Positions 24,798 to 39,070 of a stretch of 64,000 nt of DNA are shown here, piece after piece. Source of the DNA: Phoronis australis (lineage: Eukaryota; Animalia; Phoronida); contig NMRA01000003.1 in assembly GCA_002633005.1 (NCBI GenBank), forward strand, positions 2,661,117 through 2,725,116, written 5' to 3'. A program made the position numbers and the translations under genes. Numbering within the stretch: position 1 is the stretch's first letter; each line of letters opens with the position of its first letter. The notes under the pieces are model-generated. The model saw nothing but the letters and a program-made list of their open reading frames with translations, ran no database searches and had not been told where the DNA came from.

Positions 24798-26435
24798 CTG
24801 AAACAAAAGACAGGACTTGTTTGCAATAATGCATTTCTCAATTAGGCTACGAATACTATTCAGTCATTAAAATAAGTCCTGCCAGTTGCCACCCAACTTC
24901 AACTAGAATAGTACAGCCTGTGCGGGACGGACGCCTGGTTCAGTAATGAGGACACACATTTCAACTTTTCAAATACTAGAAAGACGTTAGTTGTCTAGTA
25001 TCAACGTTTTTGAAGTCAACTAAATTACTAACTCATTAGCAGTAAAACAAGGAGGGCTACTTATCCGGGTTTAGTGCAAAATAGAGCAACTTACTCCTTA
25101 ATGCAAACAAAATATGTGCTCATGACCCAACACCTCTCTGTTGAGTCTACTGTCATGTCTAACCCAGGTTTAAGGAAATAAGCTTTGTTACAGGCGGTGG
25201 AACAAATAAACATCCAACAGCATGAATGTATTATTTAATTGGACAAACATATTGCCTATGAGAAGCTTGCCAAAGGTTTTTGGTATCAGTTTCGATTTTA
25301 AGGGTTTGCAAATAGAACAATGTGGTATACCTCAATGGTGTCATGCTGACAATACTAATGGAAAACAGTTGTTTCTTACTTTAAGGAATCAAAAATGGCC
25401 TGAAGACATTCATGCCCTGCACAAAGTCACAGTGCCTTACCATCCTCCATATTAAATCCACATCACACAAGACCATGCACACACCTCCACAACCAACCAT
25501 CAACTGACCACAGTCCACACTGGGCATCATGTAAAAGTGACCATACCATCCATCACCAGAGTCAAACGCATGTCAACTATCCAAGAGTTTAATCTAAACA
25601 ACTACACCCAGGACCTGTGTGAACATTGACAAGGCCAGAGACTAAATCTCAGAATAACAGCTTGGTGACAGGTTGAAGAGGACACCAAGAGATAACTCAG
25701 GAAGTGTGTGTCAAGAAGCAGTAGGGGTTTTCCACCATTTGAGACAGTCAAGACTAAACAAGGCTAAACTCTCCTTTATTGTGGGGATACCAACAGCCTG
25801 TTCCAGAGGAGTGCACTGTCAGAGAAAAGTTGTAGGGACAACACTTCTACCAATACCAAAATTACGCGTGACTGACTGCGCAAGGTCTCGCCATGTGTGG
25901 CAAGTGTCGGTTGACGGAGAAGTTGAGCATGTTCAAATTGTACAGCTTTTCAGCTGACAATTTGCAAACTTGAGAGGTTTGACTAAGCTCATTAACCAAA
26001 CAAAATCGCATCTGCGTTACTAATACTATGGTATTCATTCAGACTTCAACAATGTCATTCAATCAGCGCAACTTTGAAGAAAACTAAAAACTAAATAAGA
26101 CGCCATATATTAGAAGGTAAAGTCTAAGACGAACTAGCCAACAAATTTGTGTTATGGTAACTATTTACTCATCGACAAAAAACCTTTCAGCTGAATTGTG
26201 CATTAGTAATGTTTAAGATTAGCATGTGCACAGATTATGAGAAGATACAAATTTACCACCTTGCAAGCTTTAATACAGAATGTTGTCCTAAGGTACACAC
26301 AGTCTGACACCTGCTTTATGCTCATTTCAACGATGATATGAAACTATTGTTGTAGATGATGCAAGCTTTTAGCAGCCACAGCGAAATCAATGTAAATGAC
26401 CAAATGTTGTCATAGTTATCTTCACTGACACAAAT

Positions 26436-27744
26436 TTTGACGGGGTGCCAATTTCAGATTGTCTTGACCAATTATGAATTTCCGTCCAAAAGTCAGTCAC
26501 AACTTGCGTTGCTGCTCATGATGGTGGCTGGCTGATCCACCCTGTCTCCTCACTATCAGAGACGTTTTCTTATTTCACACGAAAGACTACAAATGACAAG
26601 ATTCAAGCCAACCTTAAAGAAGCTCTCCACCCAACAAGGCAATTGCAGAATGTCATCACAGCCCCCACATCTGCAGTGAAGCAGAGTGTACAGACTCAGT
26701 CCCACACCCCCAACTACGATGTCAGGGACCTGGTCAAGTTGGAACTGGAAGACTTGCAAGGCTGCAGAGACAGTTAGAAACCCAGATGCCAGTGCTTCTC
26801 ACCAGGGCCCTGTGCTGTCAATCAATTACTCTCAAAATATGTCACGCATGTCTTGTAACTCTGTATTTGTGATGAGGGGCCCCGACACATGGATATCCGC
26901 TGTACACCTGAACTAAAAGTTACACAAACTTGAACATTCTGTCATATTTAAGGTTTTCACAAGGGTATCAGTTAACTTCTGCTCAATTTTTTTAAGTCCA
27001 GATGTGATACACGTTAAAAAGACAGTGCATATTTACAACGTGCCCGCCTCAAGTTACGTCTGTGCCAGAAGTATTTGCAGAGAAAGATANTTTGACGGGG
27101 TGCCAATTTCAGATTGTCTTGACCAATTATGAATTTCCGTCCAAAAGTCAGTCACAACTTGCGTTGCTGCTCATGATGGTGGCTGGCTGATCCACCCAGT
27201 CTCCTCACTATCAGAGACGTTTTCTTATTTCACACGAAAGACTATAAATGACAAGATTCAAGCCAACCTTAAAGAAGCTCTCCACCCAACAAGGCAATTG
27301 CAGAATGTCATCACAGCCCCCACATCTGCAGTGAAGCAGAGTGCACAGACCAGTCCCACACCCCCAACTACGATGTCAGGGACCTGGTCAAGTTGGAACT
27401 GGAAGACTTGGAAGGCTGCAGAGACAGTTTGAAACCCAGATGCCAGTGCTTCTCACCAGGGCCCTGTGCTGTCAATCAATTACTCTCAAAATATGTCACG
27501 CATGTCTTGTAACTCTGTATTTATGATGAGGGGCCCCGACACATGGATATCCGCTGTACACCTGAACTAAAAGTTACACAAACTTGAGCATTCTGTCATA
27601 TTTAAGGTTTTCACAAGGGTATCAGTTAACTTCTGCTCAATTTTTTTTAAGTCCAGATGTGATACACGTTAAAAAGACAGTGCATATTTACAACGTGCCC
27701 GCCTCAAGTTACGTCTGTGCCAGAAGTATTTGCAGAGAAAGATA
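26436..27744. repeat. ~654-bp direct duplication around N at 27090 (likely assembly artefact)
   Basis: 26436-27089 vs 27091-27744; a few SNPs and 1-bp indels. Confidence 0.9.
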
Positions 27745-30700
27745 GTGACCAATCACAACCTGCTTTAAAACCTTCATCCTAATACAGATAAGTCAGAAAT
27801 ACAGTACAAGTTGTGAAGCCATGGTTCCAAAGACTGAACTTGAAGCAGAGATATTGCAACCTTTGTCTTTGAAGCTCTGTACAAAATGGAAAAATCTTGA
27901 TAGTGGCAGTAGTCATCGGAAAGCTAACATAAATATGATCGACAGTAACTTACAGGCAAAACACACACACGAAATAATAGCAAGACCCCTCCTATGACAA
28001 AGGGCACTGAGAAATTCGAGCAAAACAAATTTATTGAAACATTTAAACAGATAGCAAAATTGTCTGGTAACACATGCTCCCTAATAAAACACACCTGTGA
28101 TAGATGAAATGTAGAGAATGTTGCAGATGAATGGCCATTCACAAAACACTAAAATTTAAAGGATGGTTCACAAAACAGCCCTGGTCTAAAAGCCACATAC
28201 AATTTCACACCAATCTACTTTTTTCATGTAACTATTGTATCATTTTTTGCCCAAACTAGCAACACGAAGCTGTTTTGTAGCAACTATATCTGAAGATGAT
28301 TAGTTGGTAGAGCCCAGCCATTTGTCTTAATTGCTTGGTTTTAATCTGCTAACCTAATCTGTGTTGGTAGATATCTGATCACACTAACCCTCTTATGATA
28401 AGTATTCATTGTCACACAAAGCTAAGATAATCCCTCAATGAGAACTAGTCAAAGTTCTGATAGGAGCCAAAACTGCTTTCCCTAATCCCCTAACAATGGC
28501 AGTTGATTGAGTTACATCATGGCCAGCTTGACTGGTCCTGTCTTGGTTAGGGTATAGTTGGTGGTCAGCTGACACTCCGGCTGTCATTGGACCACTGTGT
28601 AATAGAGATGACTGAGATGTTGTTCAAGGCTGTCATGCAAGACACAGTAATGATGAGTAATTAACCACAGGTGTAGCTGTTGATGGCTAACTAACAAGGT
28701 TACAAACTGATTACCTGAATTGCAGTAGTAGTAGTAGAAACTCTAGAAGGTGTGGAACACAGCTTCAACAAAGCCAAACAATTGTTTCCAAAGAAGAAGG
28801 AAGCTTTTCCAACAGTTTCCTCATCGAGGGTACACAATAATAAGTAGCACTTAGATAAATTGTTGATAAAATGAAATGCCCACGATAAGGATTTGGCAAG
28901 TGCATTGGTGGGGGGATCATCACTTAAATCCGTGGGTTGACAGTGCTGGAAACTGCGCACAGCGGTCAACTGTGTATGATTGTGGGGACAGAAAATATGT
29001 CATTTGTGAATGGAATAACTCAGATGATTAAACATACAATGTGATAGCAATTGATTAGAAACAGTTTCATTGACCTCAGAGTGTACATTTAAACTCAGGC
29101 AAGAAAAAGTTGAATTCCAAAAACAACATTAACCTTCTAAAGAATGTGTGAAATGCACTGCTTCAGAAATGTACATTCACAAGCAAGGCTGCACTTTACA
29201 GTGCAGAAATAAGACAATATAGTAAGGCAAAGGTGATTTTTGTTCCAGCATTTATTTGTTAAACAGTCACAAAATCTTGGAAAATCCATAAGTTTTAATT
29301 AAAATCTAACAGCAGGAAGACAGTGATGTGCAACTCAACATCACACAGCAATACAGGGAATGAAAAGACATTGGGGGTAAATTTAGTCCTCTGTCACAAA
29401 CTGAAGGCTAGATTTATTTTGTCATAAACTACCAGTAAAAGACTCAAGTCTCAAACTCAAATGTCCGTATTTTCTGGCAAATGGCACGATGCACAGAGGG
29501 AAGTTTGTTTTAATCAACAAAAGAATAGTAATGTTTTTGCTTCTATTTGTCAAGAGAAAATAACATGTGTTCCAGCTACCACAGGTTATCCCCAGGTGTA
29601 AACAATCAACACAAAGACGCATCAAACTTTCCTCATCTGTTCGACATCCTGAAGAACATTTTTTTATTACCGACAAGTTTAATATTAGCATGCTGTAATT
29701 AACCCCAACTGTATTTTTTCAGCTGCTGTTCATAAGAACGAATGGAAAAAAACGTTTACAAGAAACACTGATGACTTGGTCTTGCTGCTTGTCAGTTCCA
29801 AAATCAGACTTAGGCCTACAGCTCTATGTTTCAGCTACCTGTGTAGACACAAAAATGGTTAGCTTGGCTAGACAGATTCACCCAACAAGTAACCTAAGAC
29901 AACTAAGTTCCTTCAACATAAAATATGTACGATATACAGACTCAACCAACTGTTCAATTTATATCAAGAGCATAAGCCTGCAACCTGGCTATTGTGAAAC
30001 AGTATATCTAACCAGAATGCTGTCTACTGCACAAATTTTATAATATTGATCCTAGCTCTAGAGGTAGGATAAAACTAGCTCAGGTAGTAACTAAAGAAGC
30101 TTCTTTAGGATTACCCAAGGGAATTAATTGGCTGTATGGCTTCAATGAAAGTTTCATGGCTGAATGAACTAATGCAGCAAAATAACACACAAATGATTAA
30201 TTGAAAACCGAAAACAACATGCTTCCCATGGAAATGGAAAAAATGAGACTGGTGCTATTGCAACAAAAATACAGTTAAACTGTTCAATACTTTTCCCTTC
30301 CTGAGCTCAATTCAGCATCATCCAAAAACACATCTATAAACCATTCCCTAACTGCGTTACCATGGAAGCAATCTCCTTCAATTGATTTGGGAGACATTAG
30401 TTGTAACATTTTGGTGAGACTAATGTTGAAAGCCTAGAGACACCCAGATAAACTCTTTGTTCTCACTTTGGGCACCTATTAGTTTTGTCCCTCTTTTTGT
30501 AGGCATCAATCACATTGGAACATTATAGTGACATTAGAGGAGAACATGATATGTTCTTCACTGGTGTTGATAGCTCAAGTAGAGCTTTAATAGACACTTT
30601 GCACTGATCAGATATGATTTGTGAGCATAACAAATAAAGCTATCCTAAATAATTAAAATTCCCACCTTTTTGGACTTAGCCATGCATTAAATGTCATGCA

Positions 30701-33700
30701 AAGTAGTTTCAATAAATCTGTAAATTGACTTATCTCCACCTATTCAGTGGTTCTAGTCATGAATTGCAGATAAAGTTTTTTAAGGACAAAAACGATTGCC
30801 GAAACAGATCCCTTTTCATTTTTAAGGGCTTCTAACGTTCTGATGAATGTTCACAATGTTTCCAAAAACATTGGTCAATTGTAGCTTGGTTACAGAAACT
30901 GAAAATAACGAAGTTTTAATCTGGACCTATCACAAATTTACAAACATGAAATGAGATTTTACCAGTATACAGATAGTTTTAAAGCACTAAATGCAGGCCC
31001 TGTGTCACAGGCACAAAAATAATTTCATTGACCAACTGTGACTGCTTAACTCATTAAACCCATCAAAATTGAAAGTGAAAAGGACAAAACAACTAACACG
31101 CCCCATAGGTCTTCCAATTTTGGCCCATAGACTACAGGCCATGTGAGTCATGCCCACTTTTTATGAAATGGTCCCAGCTGGTGAGGTTATATTTCGTTTT
31201 TGAAAATTTCAATCTACAATATGTTGGTCAACGAGACAGCGTTAAATCCACAGTTAAAAGACACTTGGCCACCAGCCAACTTCTGAGTGCACAACTTGCG
31301 TTTTAAGAATGAAGCATGAAACAGCCCAACTTCTCTGCATCTAACAGAGACTTATTAGAGAAAAAATAATAAAAACAGTTCAGTCACAAGTTACAACACA
31401 TCTCCAATCTGACTGGGGTTTCCAAGTCCTAAACTTTACCATCAAGTCATTAATCACGAGATTGACACCTTGTCCAGTATTATACAGCGATGAGACTTGT
31501 GTTGAATACTGAGCAATCACTAATTAAACACCAAATCAATTAATGCCGCTTGTTTTCTCTATTTACCGCTCATCAAATCAAACACTAATCCAGACAACCC
31601 AGCTGATGGTGATGGCAAGCCAACCAGCACAGATAACCACACCACACTAGCATGTTCCTAGGAGTACACCTGTACTTAACCAGTCCTGACATTTAAAACT
31701 GGATCTGACTGAAATAATCTACCCTACTGAGAGCACTTTTTACTTGGGATGTTGACAACTGGGTAGATTTCAGTGGCTGTCTCGCCACTAGAATAATCTA
31801 GCTAAAATCACGTGTTCTTATTTGAAATACACGACAATATCTCGCGAAGTCTTGCTTTAAAGCGAGGTCTTAGCGTAGTTGCTAGAGTTACTGAACCCTA
31901 CCCAGGCCAATGTAACTTGCTGAATGGCACAAAGAACAACTCCTCACATATATGGGTCAGAATTGTTTGCTTGATATGTTTGTCTGAAATGGCAAGCAGA
32001 CAATGTAGATCACCAGGTGTGAGTACTAGGCTCAAATTCTGGCCACTGGAAGAATGTTGGAACATTGGACTACCATACAATGCTCATTCTGGACTGAGCT
32101 TGATATGGGCTCACAACACAGACATATCGTGAAAGCAATTTCTGACAGAGTAGTAACCTTTAAAACGAGTGTAAGCTGAACTACTGAAGGGTATAATGTA
32201 CTGTAGCATATCTGATGCCATTCCACAGACAACAGCACTAACCAGTGGTCAAAACAGAACACAACAAATGTGGTGAATGCTCCACTCATTACATTACAAA
32301 AATAACTTGCAATTCATTTTAATGGTATATTATTCCCTCGCATTCACATGTTAAGTTCCTCCTCAGGTAAGCCCACTACCCCAGGATACCCTTACAAGAT
32401 GTAAGCTAGAGGCCTCAACAGTGCTCCAGTAAAATCCAGGCAGTCTATCTAGATCGAAAATGCATCTAACCTGAATTTAGTACAGTAGAGCAACAAGATT
32501 CAATAAAATCAATCCTGGATAACATGACTGTCTGTATGTTGCTAATGCATACCTATTGTCATGTTTGGATAGCATGTTACTTATGAATGCAGTCAGTCAG
32601 AATAGCAGAAACAAAAACAAACTTAGTCAATGGAGAGGAGACTTGAGTTTAGACTAAGAAAGCATCGCTTTTGTTTTGTTGGGTGAGAGCTATTGGACCT
32701 AGGTACATGACAGCAAAGGCGACAGGTAATATAATGGATGGTACAATTAACATTTATGTAAGACTTGCATCATGCCAAACAGTGGAGACACCCTGGGGAC
32801 AACACCAGATGACTGAGTTTAAGGACATCTGATTAAAGATCTTGTTAGAGATGAACTGAACACCATCTAGATAGACATTGTTCCAGAACAGAATGGAATA
32901 AAAAGATGACATCACAGGACTTCCACATTCTGAATGACTTAAGGGCGAGAAGTGATTCACCACAGTCAGTAACTGGTCCATAAAAGAACCAGACACTCAA
33001 ATTAAATACCTGTGGTTAGATTTATTATACTAAGGATCTTCAAATAGATCAAAAAGATTAACTGCCCAGCTGGTAGTCACCACTCCACAACAAAATTTAG
33101 CATACCTGAAGCAGTACATAATAAACTGACCAATAGATGTTACAGGGAAAAACCACTGACCACAACAAGCTCCAGTGAGCTGCTCAGGAAACCAGGAGTC
33201 CCATAAAATCTCACCAGTTTAAGACCTACTTGACAGGTGAAAATTTGTTTCTAATTTTTTCATACAAGGACATGTCGCACCAACGCTTTTTTCAGGTTAA
33301 AATTCTATACAGTAGCTTTTGTATTAAAATATTTTGAAACAAATGTGAATATTCAAAACAAAATTAGAAATATTTGAAAAACAATAAAGGGGTAATTTTA
33401 GGAATTACTTTTGTCTGAAATTTTATAGTACACGTGTTGAGAAGACTAGGCTGAATGGGGTTACTGTCTACAGCTTCTTACTCTGGCAAAAGAAAATAAT
33501 AAATAAGCACACTGCATGTAATAAGAATACAGCACATACCTGGACATTTTTGAAAGAAAACTTTGGCTATCGAGTTCATCAAGTGTCGTTTAAGAAACTA
33601 ATAATCTCGAGGACACACTCCAAATACCCCTGTTCTTACTCTTAGACATAACAAATTATTTGTCACTGGATAAATTACTTAACATTCATTTTGTTCCAAT

Positions 33701-36700
33701 TTCATGGCACATGAAGACAAGAAGATTCTTAGTCCATGACACAAAAGACACCACAAAATGTCATGGCTGAATAATGGGTTACTTCACTGCATCAGTCTAA
33801 AACCTGTCATTTTGCTCTAGCTTTAAATAAATACATGGACGACAAAAAAATACTTATAGAGAAATTTAGTTAACCCTGCACATATTTTACAAAGAACATG
33901 TCAGACGAGTGAAATTTTATTTGTCTTTCTCAACAAAAATTAACATTAAGAAAATTTCCGTCTGATATCTTGGTTAGCACTGCATACAAGTTTTTATAAT
34001 TTGTATCAATGTAACCAGACTTTGAAAAAAGAGCATTTTTGCATTATTTCTATGCAAAGTAAGCAATGAATTACCATACCTTTCTGTTAGTCCCACACAA
34101 AACATTTAGCTGAGTACAGTAACAATTTGGGACACCAAAATTCAAGCCAAAATTAAATTTCCATGATTGGGACTTGGGCATGGGCATTTTTAGCATTCCT
34201 CATATCAGACACTGTCTCATTTCAATGGTTTGAGCACAGACTGGGCAGTTCATAAAATCTTTGAAAATAGGGACTGATGCAACATTTTAATGTGTCCCCA
34301 TATCCCATAACATTAAGGTGAATGATCCTTTGTCTGTTGGGATATCCAAAAATGTTTCTAAAGTTTGGTACACAAGCTCTGACCTTGAGAAAACAATCAA
34401 TTTTCACAATCCAAACTGGAGAATACTAATGTAAGGTAAATTGTCCAGGTTACACTACTTGAACAAATACTACAAGCAGAGAAAGTGCTCAGAACATTAA
34501 ATCAGTCAAACAGCGAACTGCGTGATCAAGAGCCAGACAGAACACTCAACCATCTCAGGAGGGATTATGGGAAATTACTAGTTGCACCTGTAAACCACTG
34601 TAAACCTACGGTGACTAAGACTTCTTGATAACAAAACGGCAAATCTGCCTCAAACTAATACACAACAGATCATTCCAAAACTAAAGCAAAAAGGACTTCT
34701 AATGTCAATTATAAATGAAATATAACAAAAACGGACATGCTGAAAATACAAACTACGTAATTCGAATCAATTGATATCAACAAAAAAATCTTATTTCATT
34801 CTCAGTTTGAGATGTTTGACATTAACATACTTTTACAGCTTTCTGTAGTTTACTCGTTTTTATTGTGCCTTCTCTCTATGAACCATTTGGTGGCGTACAC
34901 GTCCCCACGCCCTTTTCGTGGTTGTATTGGGACACATAGCTGTACTTCTGCTTTGTGTGAGCTGACCAGTACGTAGGACTATACTCCCAGCCAGTACAGA
35001 CATAGAAAGTGGTGTATTTGCATGTTTATCAATGGTCACAATGTTCTCCACAACCTATTTTGACTCATCACTGCGTCAAGTTTCAATTTGCCGCGACAAG
35101 TTTGGCTCACTTGCATCCAGTTCAAAAACCTAAGCATAAGCAACGAGTCTGAAATATTGGGAGATTAGTAACTTTTTAAACAAATTAGGACATTTTGGAC
35201 GTTTGATACCAGTTCAATTCATTTTTTCAAAGACTTAACACACAAACTTCCCACAGTAGGGACATGGACTTTTGAACACATGTACATGATTGAGTTTTGA
35301 AATTCATGTCGAGTTTGAATTTTCTGTTGTTGAGAACACTGGTTCATTTTAATGTACCACAAAATGAAATTTCACAAATTTGTTCCCCGCATTGTGCGCT
35401 AAATTGAAGAGCATTTACCTGCATGTGGTTAAATCACTCACCTATATATTATGTCACATTTCCGGGGACTCGGTGTACGTTCCTGACCTTCGAAAGTAGT
35501 TACTAAACTGTAACTGATGAGGGCAAGCTTGCAATACTGGTTGCTCTAGTGCAAAATTAACCATCATTCATTTTGCATGCTGGGGAGAGGTATAACAGCC
35601 AGTATACGCTTTTGAAATTTTCTAAAAATGTCAGTGGACTTCATCAGGATGGAGATTACAACATTGATAATTAAAGAATTTTCTCAGAGATAAAACTGAA
35701 ATTTTCAGATAATGCACTAGACCAAAATTTCCATAGTAAGTTTAATTATTGAAATCGTATTTTTTGCAAAATGGCAAAATTAGCGAGCTACATTCAAGTG
35801 GCAAGCAAAGTGATATCCGTAAAACACTTGGAACAGAGGGATGCTTTGACAATTAAAAATGTGGAAATTCATAATTCACCAATTTAACTGAAAAAAGAAG
35901 CCGTAGAGAAAAGTTCACCAGTTACAGTTTAAAGAAAACTAAACTATTCAAAACAGCGCACTAAATTCAGTTTGAGAATATCCTGTAAATGTCACAACAA
36001 TATACCTGTAATGTAGTAAACAGAAAAATGTTAGACCCTAAAGGTTATTGCCCTGCATCCACTATTACCAATTCTCATCAACTCTATACAAAAGCTAAGA
36101 TACCATAAATCTAGGGTTTGGGTTACATCAGACCTAATAGTGAACTCTATCATCTAGCGCTGATAATTTTTCAAGTACTCTAAGCAAGCTGTTAAAATAA
36201 GTCTGGCTAAATGCAACAGTGGAAGATCAGGCACTGTTTACTGTCACACTGAGAAGATTTGCATTTTATAACCACCTCAAGCCAATACTGACAGTAAATA
36301 TTATTGATAAAGGTATGTCAAGTTCATCAAGATCAAATCCAAGATGATTTGAGTAGACATAGTCCCCTGTAGTAAACAATGACCACATGTAAACATAACC
36401 AGAAGACCATGAAGTTTGACAGTACAAACACACACACACACACACACCAATGCCCTCAATTTGAACCAAACCTCGCCCTCTTCAGACATTCTTCTCCTCA
36501 ATAAGAGCGTTAATGTTGATGCATATACAGATAAAACATATGCAATTTATTCCAGTTCAAGGCCTCAAAACAACATTGAAAAATTGAATCAATGTTCGAA
36601 GGCTCCACACTCAGCTTAGTTACCAATATATGCAAAATTTCGACAAAGAACTGATAATAACCTAGTTGATTGAACACCATTCCTTATTAAGTACTTGTTA

Positions 36701-37353
36701 CATTAATATACATTAAAATTGGATACCTTTCAACTACACCAGCGATTGGGGTTAAGTTCAAATACAAAAAGTAATGAAGTAAAATCTATCAAGTCCTGAG
36801 TCTTCAGTCATTACTGTATGTGTGTGAGTCATCCTGCTAACGTAATGATCACGTTTCATACTGGGTGATTATATACCAATCTCAATTATAAATAAAGGTA
36901 ACAATTACACGAAGGATGAAATCAAACGTTGCCCAAGATTTCCCAAACAGTCTTATTTTCAGTTGTTTGACAAAGTGTTGAGAGTTTTTTTAATTTAACC
37001 TTAGCACAGACCACCAAGTGATTGGAACACTGAAGTTCACACCTGTAGGAACTACAATCAGCCTCAGTCTCCATGACTTACAAGTGGAGTCGCATTAGAA
37101 CGGGCAGACGTAAAATGTTTGGTCAGCAAAGGTCAAATTTGTAAGGAAGCCAGTCACTACAGATATTCAGAACAGAAAGCAATCGAAAGTGAGAAGCCCG
37201 AACAACACGACCACCATGACCATGGTTATGCGATGACCACTGGTCTCAATGTGATCGGTGTTCGTTACCTCACGGTTGTCTCACCTGGTTCAATTTAGAA
37301 CACGGGAAAATCCCATTCGTAACCACTGAGGTGACTAGTTTATATATACTTAC

Positions 37354-37800
37354 TGGTACTGTTCCGAGACTTCTAAGATATACTGTCCTGGATTCAGATA
37401 CCAACTGGAGATCGTAGAAGCCAAAATGTTACACTGTTTCTTTCAAACACAAGACAGTTCACAAATGGGTAATGGAAGCCATTGTTGGCAAATAACGTCA
37501 CGCGTAAGGATATCTCGTAACAGACCGCGCTTTTGTAATGATTCGAAAGTATACGATGCAAAGTATATTAAAATAATTTTGGCTCAAAAGACCAAATAAG
37601 CTCAACACAAAACATAAATGAATGGTATTTGTGAATCAGCATATTCTATCAACACAACGAGCTCTTTCTTCGATGGACTACATTTCGGTAATGTAAACAT
37701 GTTAGCGCCCTCTTTTGGGCAGGTACATGTTTACGCCTGAGCGCGGGGACTGTCGTGTCGACAAGTCGCGCTCGTGAACAAGACTACAGCAGTCAGAGGC
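37354..37800 (-). promoter_or_regulatory. Putative first exon/promoter region of USP54
   Basis: GTAAGT donor at 37353; CpG frequency rises visibly from ~37.2 kb; CTCF-like motif at 37705-37718. Confidence 0.35.
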
Positions 37801-38610
37801 TCGAATTGGTTCTGAATTCAGGTTGGCGGATACCGAAAAGCTTTGTGGTCTTGCACCAGGTGTTGCACCATGAACTTGACGTTTATAGTTTTCTGAGGGC
37901 CACTGCGAGTGACTAGTGCCCAAAGTAGCACAACAACCATAGGCGGATTTAGGCCCCCCCCTTGGCTGCCGCAAAACAAATAAAACAGCAAGAGCGTAGG
38001 GAAATGTTGAGTTTATTAATTAACCCCGGTAATTAACATTATAGGGCGGAAACGAGATTTAAATGTGTGCAGTTTTAGTGCGTTTGGGGGTAGGGGCTCA
38101 GATCCAATTTCAAGTGTCAAATTCGGAACACGGCTCAATCGTAACGAAACTATGGCTAAGTATAGGCTCTCCCGCAATATCCCAGGCGACCGGCAGTGGC
38201 GCGCCGCACTCCAACTCCGTTTCCGTCGTCTGCTTCACTGCGCAATGAAGAAAATTACTTCATTTTTAAGGAAAATGGAATCTGAGTGACGATGAAAAAA
38301 CAGAAGCTGTTGGTAAGATGTGAATTTTAATCGAAGCCTTAGTGAATCACTCAGAAACTAATAATTCTCTCTTTGTCAAACCTTAACTTAAGACGATTTC
38401 CAAAGCAATCGCGTCATTTTTGCCAACACCAAAAAAAAAAACGGATTTGGTCTCTTGGGCAATTGAAGACTATTTTAAATACAACAAATTTGTTACGAAC
38501 TGATTGCACAAAATATAAAAAATGTAATGAGCATTTTATAAAGAAGGTTTCTCGCACAAACGCTGTGGACCATAAACAAGTAGGTCTCGCATTACCAAAT
38601 TATGAGTGAA

Positions 38611-38675
38611 GTCGTGGTGGTGCAGTGGTAAAGCAAGCGCGCTCTAGCCGCCAGGTTATGAGTTCGAGTCTGTGA
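38611..38675 (+). mobile_element. tRNA-derived SINE head fragment
   Basis: TGGTGCAGTGGTAAAG (A box) and GTTCGAGTC (B box), without a complete cloverleaf. Confidence 0.55.
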
Positions 38676-38962
38676 TTAGTGCAGTTTTTCATGTTTGACA
38701 CGTTCTCCGCGTTTTTTCTTGGACAATACTTCACGAATCAAGGAAAATGCTTGATTTGTAGAGGAAAAACAGAAACATTTTCCCCCCACTCGGTGCTCTG
38801 CGCAAATGTTTTCTGGCAAAATGTTGAGCCCCCCTTGTGATATCCTAGATCCGCCACTGAAAACGTTTGCCTGTAGTGAGTGCGAGCCCCAAATTGTATC
38901 ATTTGCCAAAATGGTGAACATTATGCACGTAAATTACGTGCGAAAGTTTATTCTTGTTAAAT

Positions 38963-39070
38963 ACGTACAGTAATTATGTAGATACGTAAAGTAATTATTT
39001 GTGGCGTAAACTAGTTATTTGTGGCGTAAAGTAACTTTTAAGGGGTACAGTAATTATTTGCGGCGTTTAG
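38963..39070. repeat. Degenerate ~20-bp tandem repeat (gtaattatttgtggcgtaaa)
   Basis: About five diverged copies visible. Confidence 0.7.

Noticed and set aside
26436-27744. 654-bp tandem duplication
   Set aside because: Same pattern around the N at 27090; likely an assembly artefact.
21526-37300. Many 60-120 aa ORFs in the upstream introns
   Set aside because: No recognisable domains or consistent splice-phase chain; lengths are what chance would give with alternative start codons allowed.
38611-38675. tRNA gene
   Set aside because: A and B boxes are present but the acceptor and anticodon stems do not pair; it fits a SINE head.
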